From contig NC_043022.1 in NCBI RefSeq assembly GCF_006345805.1, forward strand, positions 4,030,001-4,094,000: DNA of 64,000 nt, given 5' to 3'. The position numbers were made by a program, and so were the translations under genes. The notes beneath the pieces were generated by a model. It searched no databases. It was not told the DNA's origin and saw only the letters and a program-made list of their open reading frames with translations. Position 1 is the stretch's first letter, and every line of letters begins with the position of its first letter. The stretch is from Octopus sinensis (Eukaryota). Shown here piece after piece: positions 1-11,599 of the stretch.

Positions 1-230
1 GTTTCTACAGCTGGATGCCCTTCCTAACGCCAACCACTCCGTGAGTGTAGTGGGTGCTTTTTATGTGCCACCTGCACAGGTGCCAGGCGAGGCTGGCAAT
101 GGCCACGGTCGGGTTGGTGTATTTTACGTGCCACCGGCACGGAAGCCAGTCGAGGCGGCGCTGGCATCGGCCACGAGTCGGATAGTGCTTTTTACGTACC
201 ACCAGACCAGTGATCCTGGCCGGTTCAATT
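1..230 (-). mobile_element. SINE family C (GGTTGGCGTTAGGAAGGGCATCCAGCTGTAGAAAC core, (GAT)n tail), partial
   Basis: The core recurs at about 5020-5200, 5830-6480, 8840-9060, 20180-20340, 20888-21090, 21920-22200, 22320-22520, 35605-35840, 38416-38580, 47010-47240, 52520-52700 and 54975-55450. Confidence 0.8.
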
Positions 231-321
231 CGATTTCGATTTGTCCAAAGTAAAGCATAGATCCAAACTCTGTCTCTTTGTGATTTAAAGCTGGTGTCAA
301 AAAGCATTTTGTCTTTTGTAG

Positions 322-414
322 AATTTTCCTTGGATTGAAGCTGAAGAAAAACAGAAAAACATGTCCAATTCGTCGCTGGTGCCAATGAAGACTGTGAATT
401 CAGATATTGTGAAG
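322..414 (+). CDS. Candidate exon of an unidentified + strand gene: NFPWIEAEEKQKNMSNSSLVPMKTVNSDIVK
   Basis: ttttgtcttttgtag acceptor, AAG|gtaaag donor; 93 nt open in phase 0-0; non-repetitive sequence. No family recognised. Confidence 0.35.
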
Positions 415-518
415 GTAAAGAGTTAATTTTGATTATTTTTTCTTATACCTGCAGTTATCATCATGATCTTCATCGTTGTTTTAACCCTTTAGCTACCAAC
501 CTGCCTGAAAGCATTTAT

Positions 519-908
519 ACTCTCTTTACTCTTTTACTTGTTTCAGTCATTTGACTGCGGCCATGCTGGAGCACCGCCTTTAATCGAGCAACTCAACCCC
601 GGGACTTATTCATTGTAAGCCCAGTACTTATTCTATCGGTCTCTTTTGCCGAACCGCTAAGTGACGGGGACATAAACACACCAGCATCGGTTGTCAAGCA
701 ATGTTGGGGGGGGACAAACACACACATGCATATATATATATACATATATACGACAGGCTTCTTTCAGTTTCCATCTACCAAATCCATTCACAAGGCTTTG
801 GTCGGTCCGAGGCTATAGTAAAAGACACTTGCCCAAGGTGCCACGCAGTGGGACTGAACCCGGAACCATGTGGTTGGTAAACAAGCTACTTACTACACAG
901 CCACTCCT
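519..908 (-). mobile_element. SINE family A (tRNA-like head, central (TA)n/(CA)n tract, GAGTAAAA-type tail)
   Basis: Near-identical to about 20 copies in the window; head GGAGTGGCTGTGTGGTAAG...GGTTCAGTCCC with A/B-box-like motifs. Confidence 0.85.
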
Positions 909-1837
909 TATGATACAAATTTCCCATTTTAAAGTAATCTAAATTAAAATTTCATGTTAATTTATGTTCCAAGCCTCAGCTGAATAGTGTCAGAAATATT
1001 TTAACATTTCTTTTTTATTATTTTCAAAATTAGTTGATAAAAAGGCAGTGTATTTCACCAGAAATATGGTAATGAAAGGGCTAATGTCTCCCTTTCCATG
1101 ATTGCATGAGGCTAACAGAATTCATTGAGGCAGATTTTTTTATGTCTAACCATGGGGGGTGGGGAAATATTACCTAGCTTCACAACAGGTGAGGTGTAAT
1201 GACAGGAAGGACATCCAGCTATAGAAAATGTACTTCAATAAACTCTGACCCTCTACCATTATATTTGTGAAGCTCGAGGGACCCACAAAGCCAGGCTGAG
1301 AACTGCCGCTTTATGTAGTCTGCAAACCTACAAGAAATAGCAGCCGAATCTCCCTTAACACGTTTATATTTAGATTACTCTGTCCAATGTAATGCTTTTT
1401 TCTTTCTTTTACTTGTTTCAGTCATTTGACTGTGGCCATGCTGGAGCACCACCTTTAGTCGAGCAAATCGACCCCGGGACTTATTCTTTTGTAAGCCCAG
1501 TACTTATTCTATCGGTCTATTTTGCCGAATCGCTAAGTGACGGGGTTAATGCTTTTTTATTCCCATTGATTTGTATTAATCATTGATTATCTCACAAGAG
1601 ATGAGGAGAGACCAACTTGCAAGGCCTCCACAATGACGGGAAGAGGATTTAATCAAAGAATGATGCAATCAAGACAGAAATGGAAGTGCATTGTGACCAG
1701 CGGTGTATAACCGCATCTGATGGTCTGATTGATGCTGTGATAAGGTGTGCTTAGTCAGGGCTGACCGTGGCTTATTCAATATCAGCATCATTTTACGTTA
1801 AAAGAGAGAAAACGAAATGAAAAACCAACACAAATTA

Positions 1838-2239
1838 ACTCTCTTTACTCTCTTTTACTTGTTTCAGTCATTTGACTGCGGCCATGCTGGAGCACCGCTT
1901 TTAGTCGAGCAAATCGACCCCGGGACTTATTCTTTGTAAGCCCAGTACTTATTCTATCGGTCTCTTTTGCCGAACCGCTAAGTGACGGGGACATAAACAC
2001 ACCAGCATCAGTTGTCAAGCAATGCTAGGGGGACAAACATATACATACACATACATATATATACATACATATATACGACAGGCTTCTTTTCAGTTTCCGT
2101 CTACCAAATCCACTCACAAGGCATTGGTCGGCCCGGGGCTATAGCAGAAGACACTTGCCCAAGATGCCACGCAGTGGAACTGAACCCGGAACCATGTGGT
2201 TGGTTAGCAAGCTACTTACCACACAGCCACTCCTGCGCC
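1838..2239 (-). mobile_element. SINE family A, full-length copy
   Basis: Same blocks as 519-908. A 3' fragment also lies at 1405-1548. Confidence 0.85.
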
Positions 2240-2268
2240 TCTTATTATGTTTTTTGGATTTATTTCAG

Positions 2269-2319
2269 ATGCAATTATTTGTTGAGGAGAGTTCTTTGAA
2301 ACGGAAGCTGGACACTTGA
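2269..2319 (+). CDS. Candidate terminal exon of the same + strand gene: MQLFVEESSLKRKLDT*
   Basis: ttatttcag acceptor, phase 0, TGA, followed by SINE-free UTR-like sequence to about 3150. No homology support. Confidence 0.3.
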   Translation: MQLFVEESSLKRKLDT

Positions 2320-3189
2320 TGAATAAATACCAAGAGAATTGTATTTTCTCTTCAAACAGAAGAAAGACCATTTGCCGATGTGTGTGTGTGTGTGTGTTGT
2401 TGTTGTTGTTGGGATAGCGTCTTTGTACAAAAGCTTTGTCATTGGATAACACATGCTTGTTGTTGTTGTTGCTGTTGTTAAAGTGTGATTTCAAAAAAAA
2501 AAAAAAAGAGAGAAACAAAAGAAGCCCCCTCCCCTCCAAACTGACCATTTATCACAGTAATCAGTGAAATCATTTTAGTCTGGGACTAAATCACTTCGAA
2601 GCCGTCTTCTGTGAGAGAACAAACTAGAAACCTCATTAATTATGCCATGTTGATCAGACGTGTTACCAAAGTAAGTGTCTGTATATATTCGTGTACCTAA
2701 ATAACATAAATGTACTTTGATTTTATCCATGTCATCTTTGCAGTTAATTAATAACTTTCACCTGTTGATTGCTCGTTATCTAACGGTAAGCCTCTATTGT
2801 CTATTCAATTGATTGTATGCATTAATTATCATTATTAGGTGCCAAACTGGCTCAGTCGTGTCACCCTCTCCTCTCTGTATCACTATGTGTCTTTCTCCCT
2901 CTCCTTCGATTACTTTAGTTCAGCCAAGACCTACTTCCTACTTCCCTACACACCACCCTATATAAACTAAAGCTTGCCACAGCCCCTCTTTACAACACCT
3001 AGATTCCTTGGCTGTGAAATACGTATCCCGGAAGATGAAAGATTCGAGATAAGTGGTTTAAATTCAACTTGTTGTTAATCTACATTTCATTGTGTTTCTC
3101 TCAGTATTTTTCATCTTAAACCCTTATTTTTATCATGTCTTAACTTTATATTTTCGTTCTTACTTGTTGACGGCTGAGATAACCCATCC

Positions 3190-3411
3190 ATCTATCTTAT
3201 TTCTTTATTGCCCACAAGAGGCTAAACATAGATGGGATAAACAAGGACATTAAGTCGATTACATCGACCCCAGTGCGTAACTGTACTTAATTTATCGACC
3301 CCGTAAGGATGAAAGGCAAAGTCAACCCCGGCGGAATTTGAACTCAGAACGAAACAGCAGACGAAATACCGCTAAGCATTTCGCCCGGAGTGCTAACGTT
3401 TCTGCCAGCTC
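3190..3411 (-). mobile_element. SINE family B (tRNA-like head, GAGTTCAAATTCC B-box, GTCGACTTTGCCTTTCATCC central domain)
   Basis: Matches copies at about 11868-12060, 13400-13558, 13770-14166, 37765-37960, 46515-46860, 47960-48400 and 62995-63400. Confidence 0.8.
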
Positions 3412-3736
3412 TATCTATCTATCTATCTATCTATCGGCATTCGCTCTGTCTGTCTCCCTCTCTATCTCTCTCTTACAACTCCTAGCACATGTCTGTTCGT
3501 TCGCTGGTTACCCGCCCTCCCACCCCCTCCACCAATACCGGAAGTCCTTCTTTCGTCAACTTTGGTTGCCTCCCATGAACACTTCTAAACTCCTTACGCC
3601 AACCCCACCCCTACTATATAAGGTAGTTTTTATACAGTGCAAAATATGATAGTGTAGTGTATGCAGGTTGAACTTAAGACTATCGTTGTTATGAATTCTG
3701 CCAAACGCGAGCTCTCTTTTCAGGTACATGACGCCA

Positions 3737-3789
3737 CTGCCCGCCTTCCCAGGGTCTCTAGGGCCTAGAGACCCTGGGAAGGCGGGCAG
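3737..3789. repeat. Perfect 53-bp GC-rich palindrome (26-bp arms, 1-nt spacer)
   Basis: CTGCCCGCCTTCCCAGGGTCTCTAGG-G-CCTAGAGACCCTGGGAAGGCGGGCAG. Confidence 0.95.
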
Positions 3790-4231
3790 GGTTAGCACTC
3801 TCAACATCGGCACACTGAAAGGTAGGTCGTTAAACGATGATGATGACTTGAAGTAAAGGAGTTTTAATAATTAATTTTTTAAATTTTAATCTATTTTCAA
3901 TCATCTGTAAAAATTTAAAAGTAATATTCAGAACTTTAAGTACTCTGGGACTTAATGGGTTTAAGGTGGTAAACACATTTGGGCTTGATGTATAGACTGT
4001 AGAGACAAGTAAATTTATAAAAGGGTATCCAGCGAGAGAGAGAGAAGGAAAAACCAAAACACTGACGTATAAGCATAAAGAGGTTTATATATTTACAGAA
4101 CAAATTTACAAGGAGTACAAAAATACAGAAAGCTAACAGGGGAGGGCCATGGTATTTCTGATCCCATAACCAGTTTCTGGAGGCTCAGAATTACATGATA
4201 GTTGCCATGGATATTTATATAAATAATATTA

Positions 4232-4462
4232 CTAAATTATGGTACACACAGAGTTTTGTGTAGGTGAGTCTATAATCGAAGCTGTTTTTGTCTTGTTTTC
4301 CTGTATATTGGAAAGAACACTGTTTTGATGTAGTTTCTCCCATTCTGGTAACGGTTTGGCCCAATCTGCTGGGGGACTGCTTCGATACTCCCAAACATCA
4401 TTCATCTGAGCTTTTCTAATTCGGTCTTCGTGGCGGGCTTTTTCATTTTCAAGCAGTTTCTC
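4232..4462 (-). CDS. C22orf39: C22orf39 ortholog terminal exon: EKLLENEKARHEDRIRKAQMNDVWEYRSSPPADWAKPLPEW...SVCTII*
   Basis: ttttacag acceptor, phase 0, TAG at 4234-4232. VWxxRxSPPxDWxxPLP matches human VWAPRQSPPPDWHLPLP. Confidence 0.9.
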   Translation of the reverse strand, partial: EKLLENEKARHEDRIRKAQMNDVWEYRSSPPADWAKPLPEWEKLHQNSVLSNIQENKTKTASIIDSPTQNSVCTII

Positions 4463-4617
4463 CTGTAAAATTGAAACAAAACAAGTCATTGCATTTATAG
4501 GCCAACTAAAAACATACTGTAGACTTGTGACTCCCATGCCCCACCAGAGGGGCATGGTAATATATTGGAGAGGCGTGTGTAGGGTTATGTTGTACCTTTT
4601 GTACACAATATTTAGTA

Positions 4618-4870
4618 TACCAAGAAGACAAAGGGGGCAATTCAAGTTATTAAAAAAAAAAAAAAAAAAGATTTTTTACACCCCTCCTATGAAAATTTTT
4701 TTCAAATTTGACACTTTAGAGACATCAGATCGTTGCTGGTCTCTCTCTAAAAGAGACCAACGATCTGATGTCTCTAAAGTGTCAAATTGAAAAAAAATTT
4801 TCATAGGAGGGGTGTAAAGAATTTTTTTTTTTTTTTTTAAACTTGAATTGCCCCCTTTGTCTTATCGGTA
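4618..4870. mobile_element. Foldback/palindromic MITE (arms about 120 bp)
   Basis: 4618-4745 is the near-perfect reverse complement of about 4752-4870; TA at both ends. Confidence 0.8.
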
Positions 4871-5329
4871 CACAAGGTATAATGGATAATTACAAACACA
4901 TGTGTGTATTTCCAGGTAATATTGTAAACATTAACCAAATTTTAATGATTCGGTTGGGGACCACTGCTGTAGACTATACAACACAATTATACACTAGTCA
5001 AAATAAGGGCCATCATCATCGTTTCTAGCATGGGTTGGATGGTTCAACAAGAACAGTCGAGCAAGAGGGCTCTGTCAGGTTCTAGGTCTTTTTTGTGGCA
5101 TGGTTTCTACAGCTTGATGCTTTTCATACAGCACCAGTGAGGTCACCAAGTATTTGCAAGATTCTCCCCGACCCACTGAGCAAGGATATAGAGTGGAAGA
5201 GAAGCTACAGCAGAGAGAGAGTATTTCTTTATTCACCATAAGGTTGAGAAAAAGAGGGGACAAAACAAACGTTGGGGTCAGGGTATCGAATGAGACGAAA
5301 CATGAATAAACAAACAATTAAAATATATA

Positions 5330-5815
5330 CAATTAAATGATAATGAGTGAATAACAAAAAATGACGCGGTCGACCCCACAAACCACAAACTCACACTGAA
5401 GACTTTGCTTTCTCCTTTTTCACATTCTTGATTAAACAGGTTCTTTCACTCGCAACATACTTGCTATAGTCTTCCATCTTTTACGAAACACACTTTGTGA
5501 CAGGCATTTCTTCTCCAGCCTTATTTTCCGTTTCATGTGGAAAACGAAAAAAGTCGATTAGCTCGAGACTGGAGATGAACATGCCTGTTGCAATTCCTTT
5601 TACTCTCGTCTTCCACACTACTTTTCGCCATAGCAACCACGAGAGAAAACAGGCTCGCTCCTCCCTATTCAGGGAAGTTGGCGGAACTATCTTCATTACA
5701 GATTCGCTCGACAGTTGTACTCTTCTCGAATGCGACAGCAGGTGTTCGACATAAACCTGAGTTCAGTCACCTTGGGGCATTGCACAATCGCGTGCAGGAG
5801 TACAGCAGAGAGAGA
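5330..5815 (-). mobile_element. Tx1/L1-clade LINE 3' fragment (frameshifted ORF2 C-terminus)
   Basis: Minus-strand frames give LHAIVQCP (end of a CCHC motif), KIVPPTSLNREERACFL, VVWKTRVKG and IDFFRF. Confidence 0.6.
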
Positions 5816-6576
5816 GGAACAGGTGTCTTATCATCATCATCATCATTTAATGACCGTTTTCCATGCTAGCATGGGTTGTATGGTTTCACAGGAGCTAAGC
5901 AAGCTAGAGGGCCTAGTTTCTGCCATTCCTAGCACCAACCCCCCACTTTACAGAGTGTGTTGGGTGCTTTTTATGGGGTACCAATAGGGTCACCAAGTCC
6001 CCACGAGGTAAGACTCCTCAACTGGAGAAACGAGAAACTATGATAGATGAGGGGAAGCAGGCTTCTAATCATCATCACATCATTTAAGGACTGTTTCTCC
6101 TGCTGGTATGGGTTGTATGGTTTGATTGGAGTTGGCAAGGCCTAGGAGCTGCTCTGTATTTCTTTGTCTGCTTTGGCAAGGTTTCTACAGCTGGCTGCCC
6201 TTCCTAATGCCATCCACTTCACAGAGTGCAACGGGGTGCTTTTTATGTGACACTAGCACCAGTGAGGCTGCTGAGCAGTTGCAAGAAAAGACCCCACCTC
6301 AACTGAGCGGGGTATGGACTGGAGGAACAAAAAAAAAAACTGTGATAGAGCAGGTATCAACACCCATTTTCTATGCTGGCATGTGTTGGATGGTTGGACA
6401 GGAGCTGCACCAGGCTCCAGTGGTTTGCTTTGGCATGGATTCTACAGCTGGATGCCCTCCCTAATGCCAACCACTTAAAAACAATACTTCAGCAATATGT
6501 ACTCATCTAATCCATGCTAGCAGACAAAAAGCAGGCGTAAAACTTGAATGGATGTGGGAGAAATTGGAATACGTAC

Positions 6577-6695
6577 CACAGCTTCGAGTGACCGTGTATG
6601 ACGGAACTTGAGGCAGTTTTCGTAGTTGGTTTTCCACTTGTCACAATCAATATATTGACCAAACACATAGTACTGATGGAAGCGGCCCTTCATAC
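6577..6695 (-). CDS. C22orf39: C22orf39 ortholog exon: (S)MKGRFHQYYVFGQYIDCDKWKTNYENCLKFRHTRSLEAV
   Basis: tttgttttgcag acceptor, gtacgt donor; 119 nt, phase 1 to 0. Resembles human HFLHHYYVHGERPACEQWQRDLASC, with Cys and Trp spacing conserved. Confidence 0.9.
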
Positions 6696-6719
6696 CTGCA
6701 AAACAAACCAGTTACTTGT

Positions 6720-7125
6720 TTAGTTAGTTAGTTAGTTAGTTAATTTGGCTCAAAAGCAAATAGCAAGGCCATGTAGGGGGACATGGAGTTATGTACAGGG
6801 TGGTGTTCATGTAAAGAGTTCAGGCCACTTGAGGTCAAGGGAGACTTTGAACAAAGCAGTCGTCGGCATCTTCACCATCTCGTCCGGCAGCTTATTCCAC
6901 GGATCCGCAACCCGGACGGAGAAAGCCCCTCTCCTTCGATTGAGGTGAAATCGTCGCAGATTAAGCTTTTCAGAGTGACCCCACAGCCGACGCTCTGGAG
7001 CAGGAGTGAAGAACAGCTCTTTCGAGAGGTTACACTTTCCGCTTATGATGTTGTGGGCGAGAATGAGATCACCACGGCGGCGGTGTTTTTCTATAGAATA
7101 AAGGTCGAGCATCCTCAGCCTTAAC
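6720..7125 (-). mobile_element. CR1-clade LINE 3' end with (CTAA)n tail
   Basis: LYSIEKHRRRGDLI...GHSEKL...FSVRVADPWNKLP...FKVSLD, typical of a CR1 ORF2 C-terminus. Confidence 0.85.
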
Positions 7126-8699
7126 GTTTTTTTTGTAGTTAAGGAGTATTTGATATAAGACCAGGGTTAACAAAGCCCCAAGCATGGTTATACACAGAAT
7201 CCTGATGGGGGTCAACTCATGGTGGGTTTAATTAATTAGTTAAGAGTTCTCCATGTCAATGGTCTGTAAATTCATTAACATGTTTTCATAACTCACACAC
7301 ACTGGTTTGACTTCTAGCTGGAAATAACAGCCAAAATCTTCATCAAAACAATACTAGTCTTTACAAAAGGAAAGGACACCTTATATACCACTATACCTGA
7401 AAACAATAAAGTGAGGTAATCACAGCTGCCCCACATCTGGACGGACCTGGGGCTACACAATAAATAACAGGACCACTCCCACCACCACCACCACCACCAC
7501 CACACACACACAGTTATATATCAGTAAAAACTTAAAACAATGTCCCTTTATCTGAAAGGGTTTGATGTAAGGAAAGTCCGTAAGTCATAGGAAGGGTAGC
7601 ACCCAGGTCTTTTTTTCTTAGGGTCCAAGATGCCATTGGGATGGAAAAGAGAGAAACCATAAATTCATAGTTACCCTAAGATCAAAGACCTGGTCCCTTA
7701 CACAAGCTTCCTATGGATTAAGTCTAATATGCAACAGCAGACAATTCCTTTGACAGATTCCTGCAGCTTCATCCAAAAGGCACAAACATAGCTAGAGTGG
7801 CCCCTCGCCCACAAAAACCCACATTGCCTACAACCGGATGAAAAGTGCCCCCTCCCCATCCCACCCGTGCAAGTGCCAAAAGGGCTTTTGTTGTCTACAT
7901 TACTCTCTAAGGAGAAAAGGGCTGGTTTCATCACATCCGTTGTCCATGCTGGCATGGGCTGGACGGTTTGACCAGGGCTAGCAAGCTGAGGGGCTGCACC
8001 AGACTCCAGTCTGATTCTCTGGTGTATATATTCTTCCCTGGATGGGATGTCAGTTCCATTGCAGGATTATTCATTTTTGCCAGCTGAAGGAAGTGGATCA
8101 ACATGAAAGGAAGTGTCTTGCTCAATAACAGAATGCATTGCCCATGCTTGGAATTGAAACCACAATCTTACAGTTATGAGTGCAAAACCCGAACCACTAC
8201 ACCATACACCTCCACTGAATTGAAACTACACTCTTTTACTGGTTTCAGTCATTTGACTGCAGCCATGCTGGAGCACCGTCAAACAAATCAACCCCAGGAC
8301 TTATTCTTTTCGTCTCTTTTGCCGAACCACTAAGTTATGGGGATGTAAAACACACTAACATCGGTTGTCAGGCAATAGTGAGGGGACAAACACAGACACA
8401 CAAATACATATATATATATATATATACATACACATACAATGGGCTTCTTTCAGTTTCCGTCTACCAAATCACCTCACAAGGCAAGAGTAGAAAACACTTA
8501 CCACACAGCCATTGGCTAAAGATATTTACTCAAGGTGCCATACTGTGGAGGACCTAAACCAGAACCATGTTATTGCAAAAGAGCTAAATTCCTTAACATC
8601 CCCCGAGGTGTGAAGAGGGTGTGGAAGATCATTTGAAGGACCTTCGTTATAAAGCAACAACAAAGATATTAGTAACAACACTGGAAATGACTCACGTAC

Positions 8700-8745
8700 T
8701 TTTACATTCTTGGTATTCATCTTGGTACACCTCACAGGGACGTAG
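8700..8745 (-). CDS. C22orf39: C22orf39/PANTS (UPF0545) ortholog exon: LRPCEVYQDEYQECK(S)
   Basis: tgtctttcag acceptor, A|gtacgt donor; 46 nt, phase 0 to 1. Resembles human PRPCEAYRAEWKLCRS. Confidence 0.85.
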
Positions 8746-9166
8746 CTGAAAGACACAAGACATAGAAAAACAGGTTAAACAGATTTTTTAGGGTTTTCTC
8801 TGGAGATTTTCTATAGAAATCAGAGCCAGATGTCATCATCATCATTTAACCCCCTTTTTGTTTTTATGGGTTGGCCAGTTTGACTGGAACTAGTAAGCTG
8901 CCTCTGGTTTCTATAGCTGGACACCCTTCTTAACACCAACTGCTCAAAGAGTGAAATGGGTGCCTTTGATGTGCCACTGACACGAGTGTCATATGCCACG
9001 ATGCCAGCCACAGCCACAACTACGATTTCACTTGGTCTAACAAGTCTTCTCAAGCACTGCATACTGCCAGAGGTCTCAGTCACTTGTTATTACCTATGTG
9101 AGGCCCAACATTTAAAGATCACGCTTCAGCCCCTCGCCACTGTGGGGTCCAACGTTTTATAAATGA

Positions 9167-9322
9167 ACGTGGCTGTGTGGTAAGTAGCTTGCTAACCAAC
9201 CACATGGTTCCGGGTTCAGTCCCACTGCGTGGCATCTTGGGCAAGTGTCTTCTGCTATAGCCCCGGGCCGACCAAGGCCTTGTGAGTGGATTTGGTAGAC
9301 GGAAACTGAAAGAAGCCCGTTG

Positions 9323-9362
<40 letters not shown>

Positions 9363-9572
9363 CGTGTATGTTTGTGTGTCTGTGTTTGTCCCCCTAGCAT
9401 TGCTTGACAACCGATGCTGGTGTGTTTATATCCCCGTCACTTAGCGGTTCGGCAAAAGAGACTGATAGAATAAATACTGGGCTTACAAAGAATAAGTCCC
9501 GAGGTCGAGTTGCTCAACTAAAGGCGGTGCTCCAGCATGGCCGCAGTCAAATGACTGAAACGAGTAAAAGAG
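9167..9572 (+). mobile_element. SINE family A, full-length copy (+)
   Basis: Reverse complement of the minus-strand copies. Confidence 0.85.
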
Positions 9573-9814
9573 TATATTAAGAGAGCAATTGAAGACAGAA
9601 AACTTGGTGACGGGTGTCAAGGCTTATATTCCAGGTGCTCCTGAAATATTCCCATTCGCCCATTTCCTATTCTTCTATCTTCAACCGCATTGTCCACACA
9701 GATGTATTCATATACGAAAGATTGGGCTGGCTCTGATTTGGAAGCAATATCTTGTAGAGATAAATTTAACGAGTGAATGATTAGTCCTGCTGCTAAGACA
9801 CAGCACTGACTTAC

Positions 9815-9856
9815 ATTTGAGAGATAATCCAAATTCTGTAACATTTGTTTATTCAT
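9815..9856 (-). CDS. C22orf39: Candidate first coding exon of C22orf39: MNKQMLQNLDYLSN (or a 21-nt exon, 9835-9815)
   Basis: Perfect gtaagt donor at 9814 in phase 0, compatible with the 8745 exon. The ATG and the alternative acceptor lie in MITE-derived sequence, so the call is uncertain. Confidence 0.4.
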
Positions 9857-10458
9857 ATTAGCTTGAATTAATCATGCATAATCTCATAGCTTTGATATTT
9901 CAAAGATGGGATTGTTTATTTTTAGAATGACATTGTAGGGCAGGTGTGAAGGGCCTGATCAAGCTGGTGTGACCATAAAACAAGTAGAATATTTGGGCTG
10001 AATTTGGCCAGTTTAAATGCTCAAGGTTTACAGCCGAGTGGACTGGAGCGACATGAAATGAAGTGTTTTGCTCAAGAACACAAAGCACTACACTATCTGG
10101 GGATTGAACCCACGATCTAGCAATCGTGAGTGCAACACTTTAACCACTAGGAATATAATGACAAAATATTTGCTGGATCCAAACTCCTTCAAGACAACAT
10201 CACACTCTGCTGTCATCCTTGAACGCAGGTTCACTTGAGAAGAGAATACAAACTTGATGCTATATTGTGGTTGCATCACAAAAGACACTGTCACTACCAG
10301 TATTAATTCTAAATAAGAGTTTCTCTGTGTGTGTGTATATCAGTTCATCCCATAAGTTCTGTCCAATTTTACCTTTTTTAAAATTGAATGAAATTCAAAA
10401 GTGTTTTAGAATGACTAATGGAATTAAAAATTATTCTTATGCATTTGTGTACATTTAA

Positions 10459-10679
10459 CCCTTTCGTTACTGTATTTATTTTGAGATGCTCTGAGTTTCT
10501 TTCAATTACTTTAAACATAACGAAGAATTTAGTAAAATAACTTAGTTATCATTAAGCTAGTGTTAAGAACATAAATTGTGACTAAGGTTTGGTGGAAGAT
10601 TTTAATTCAAAACTTATGAAAACAAGACATTTGTACTACAGAGCCAGAGGCAGTTTCAGCCGGGTTGGTATCAAAAGGG
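10459..10679 (+). mobile_element. piggyBac-like MITE family P1 (about 220 bp)
   Basis: TTAA|CCCTTT...AAAGGG|TTAA. Six copies: 10459-10679, 20666-20887 (inverted), 38202-38415, 51107-51327, 60736-60955 and 61919-62139. Confidence 0.85.
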
Positions 10680-10751
10680 TTAAACTAATTGAATATTATT
10701 TTACAGAATAATAGAATTAAAACGTCTTCTTTGATTAAAACCCTTTCTAAC

Positions 10752-10930
10752 ATGGAAGTACCCAAAGAGCATTTGAAGCACATAATGTTTTATGAGTACA
10801 AAAAAGGAAACTCTGCAGCCGAAGTGACTCGAAACCCTACACTCGGTTTATGGGGGGAAATGCTTGAATGAAAGAGGAATGAAACATAAGAAAGTGGAAA
10901 TGTTTTAGAAAACAAAGAACAGAGAATTAT
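10752..10930 (+). mobile_element. Mariner transposase N-terminal (HTH) relic
   Basis: MEVPKEHLKHIMFYEYKKGNSAAEVTRN resembles Mos1/SETMAR-type transposase starts; frameshifted afterwards. Confidence 0.75.
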
Positions 10931-11069
10931 GGCAGAACATGCCTGCTGCCTCTGTCCTCTGAATTTCTGGACATGGCACCTAAAAGAAAGCTTCCACATA
11001 TACATCACACGCCCATACAAGCACAGTCTTCTCTCTTCCATGCTTGGTTGGTCAATGGTTACTCTATTC

Positions 11070-11599
11070 GGATCTTTTCCTTTTGAACGGCACTTTTAGC
11101 CTTTCGTTTTTTTTCTTAATTGTTAAATTAATTTAAGGATAACAATTAAGAAAAAAAAAAAAACGAAAGCAATGGAAAATAATTTAAACAATTAACAAAC
11201 AAAATAATTCTATAATTTTATACACACGCTTTCTGAACGTAAACATAACGAAAGCAAAAACTCAAAACAAAAACAAAACGAATAATTTTAGATACACGCC
11301 TAACAATTTAAAAATTAAGAAAAAAAAAAAACGAAAGGCTAAAATTTAGGGTTAGGGTTAGTGACAGGATGTTGTCTCAGTTTTAGACGCAGCAAATGAT
11401 TTTAGCTCAATAGAGGCCATAGGATTGGTTAAAATTCGAAAAATTAAACTACGTTAAACTTACAAATTACAATTTTCTCAAGAAAGCCAAGAGAAAAAAA
11501 AATGTTTTATTTTGACACATTCTACCAGTATACGAAGTTTGAAAGTGTTTAGTTAACTAGAAATTGTGTTGAAAAGTGCCGTTCAAAAGGAAAAGAACC
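11070..11599. mobile_element. Non-autonomous DNA transposon, Merlin-like (28-bp TIRs, 8-bp TSD)
   Basis: TIR GG(A/T)TCTTTTCCTTTTGAACGGCACTTTT; perfect TSD CTCTATTC at 11062-11069 and 11600-11607. Confidence 0.85.

Noticed and set aside
9617-9752. Protein-like reading DIASKSEPAQSFVYEYICVDNAVEDRRIGNGRMGIFQEHLEYKP*
   Set aside because: It lies in the presumed C22orf39 intron, has only a weak aag acceptor and no recognisable family. It is best explained as read-through of ORF 9617-9856.
11345-11362. TTAGGG telomeric repeats
   Set aside because: Fewer than three units, inside a MITE; not an interstitial telomere array.
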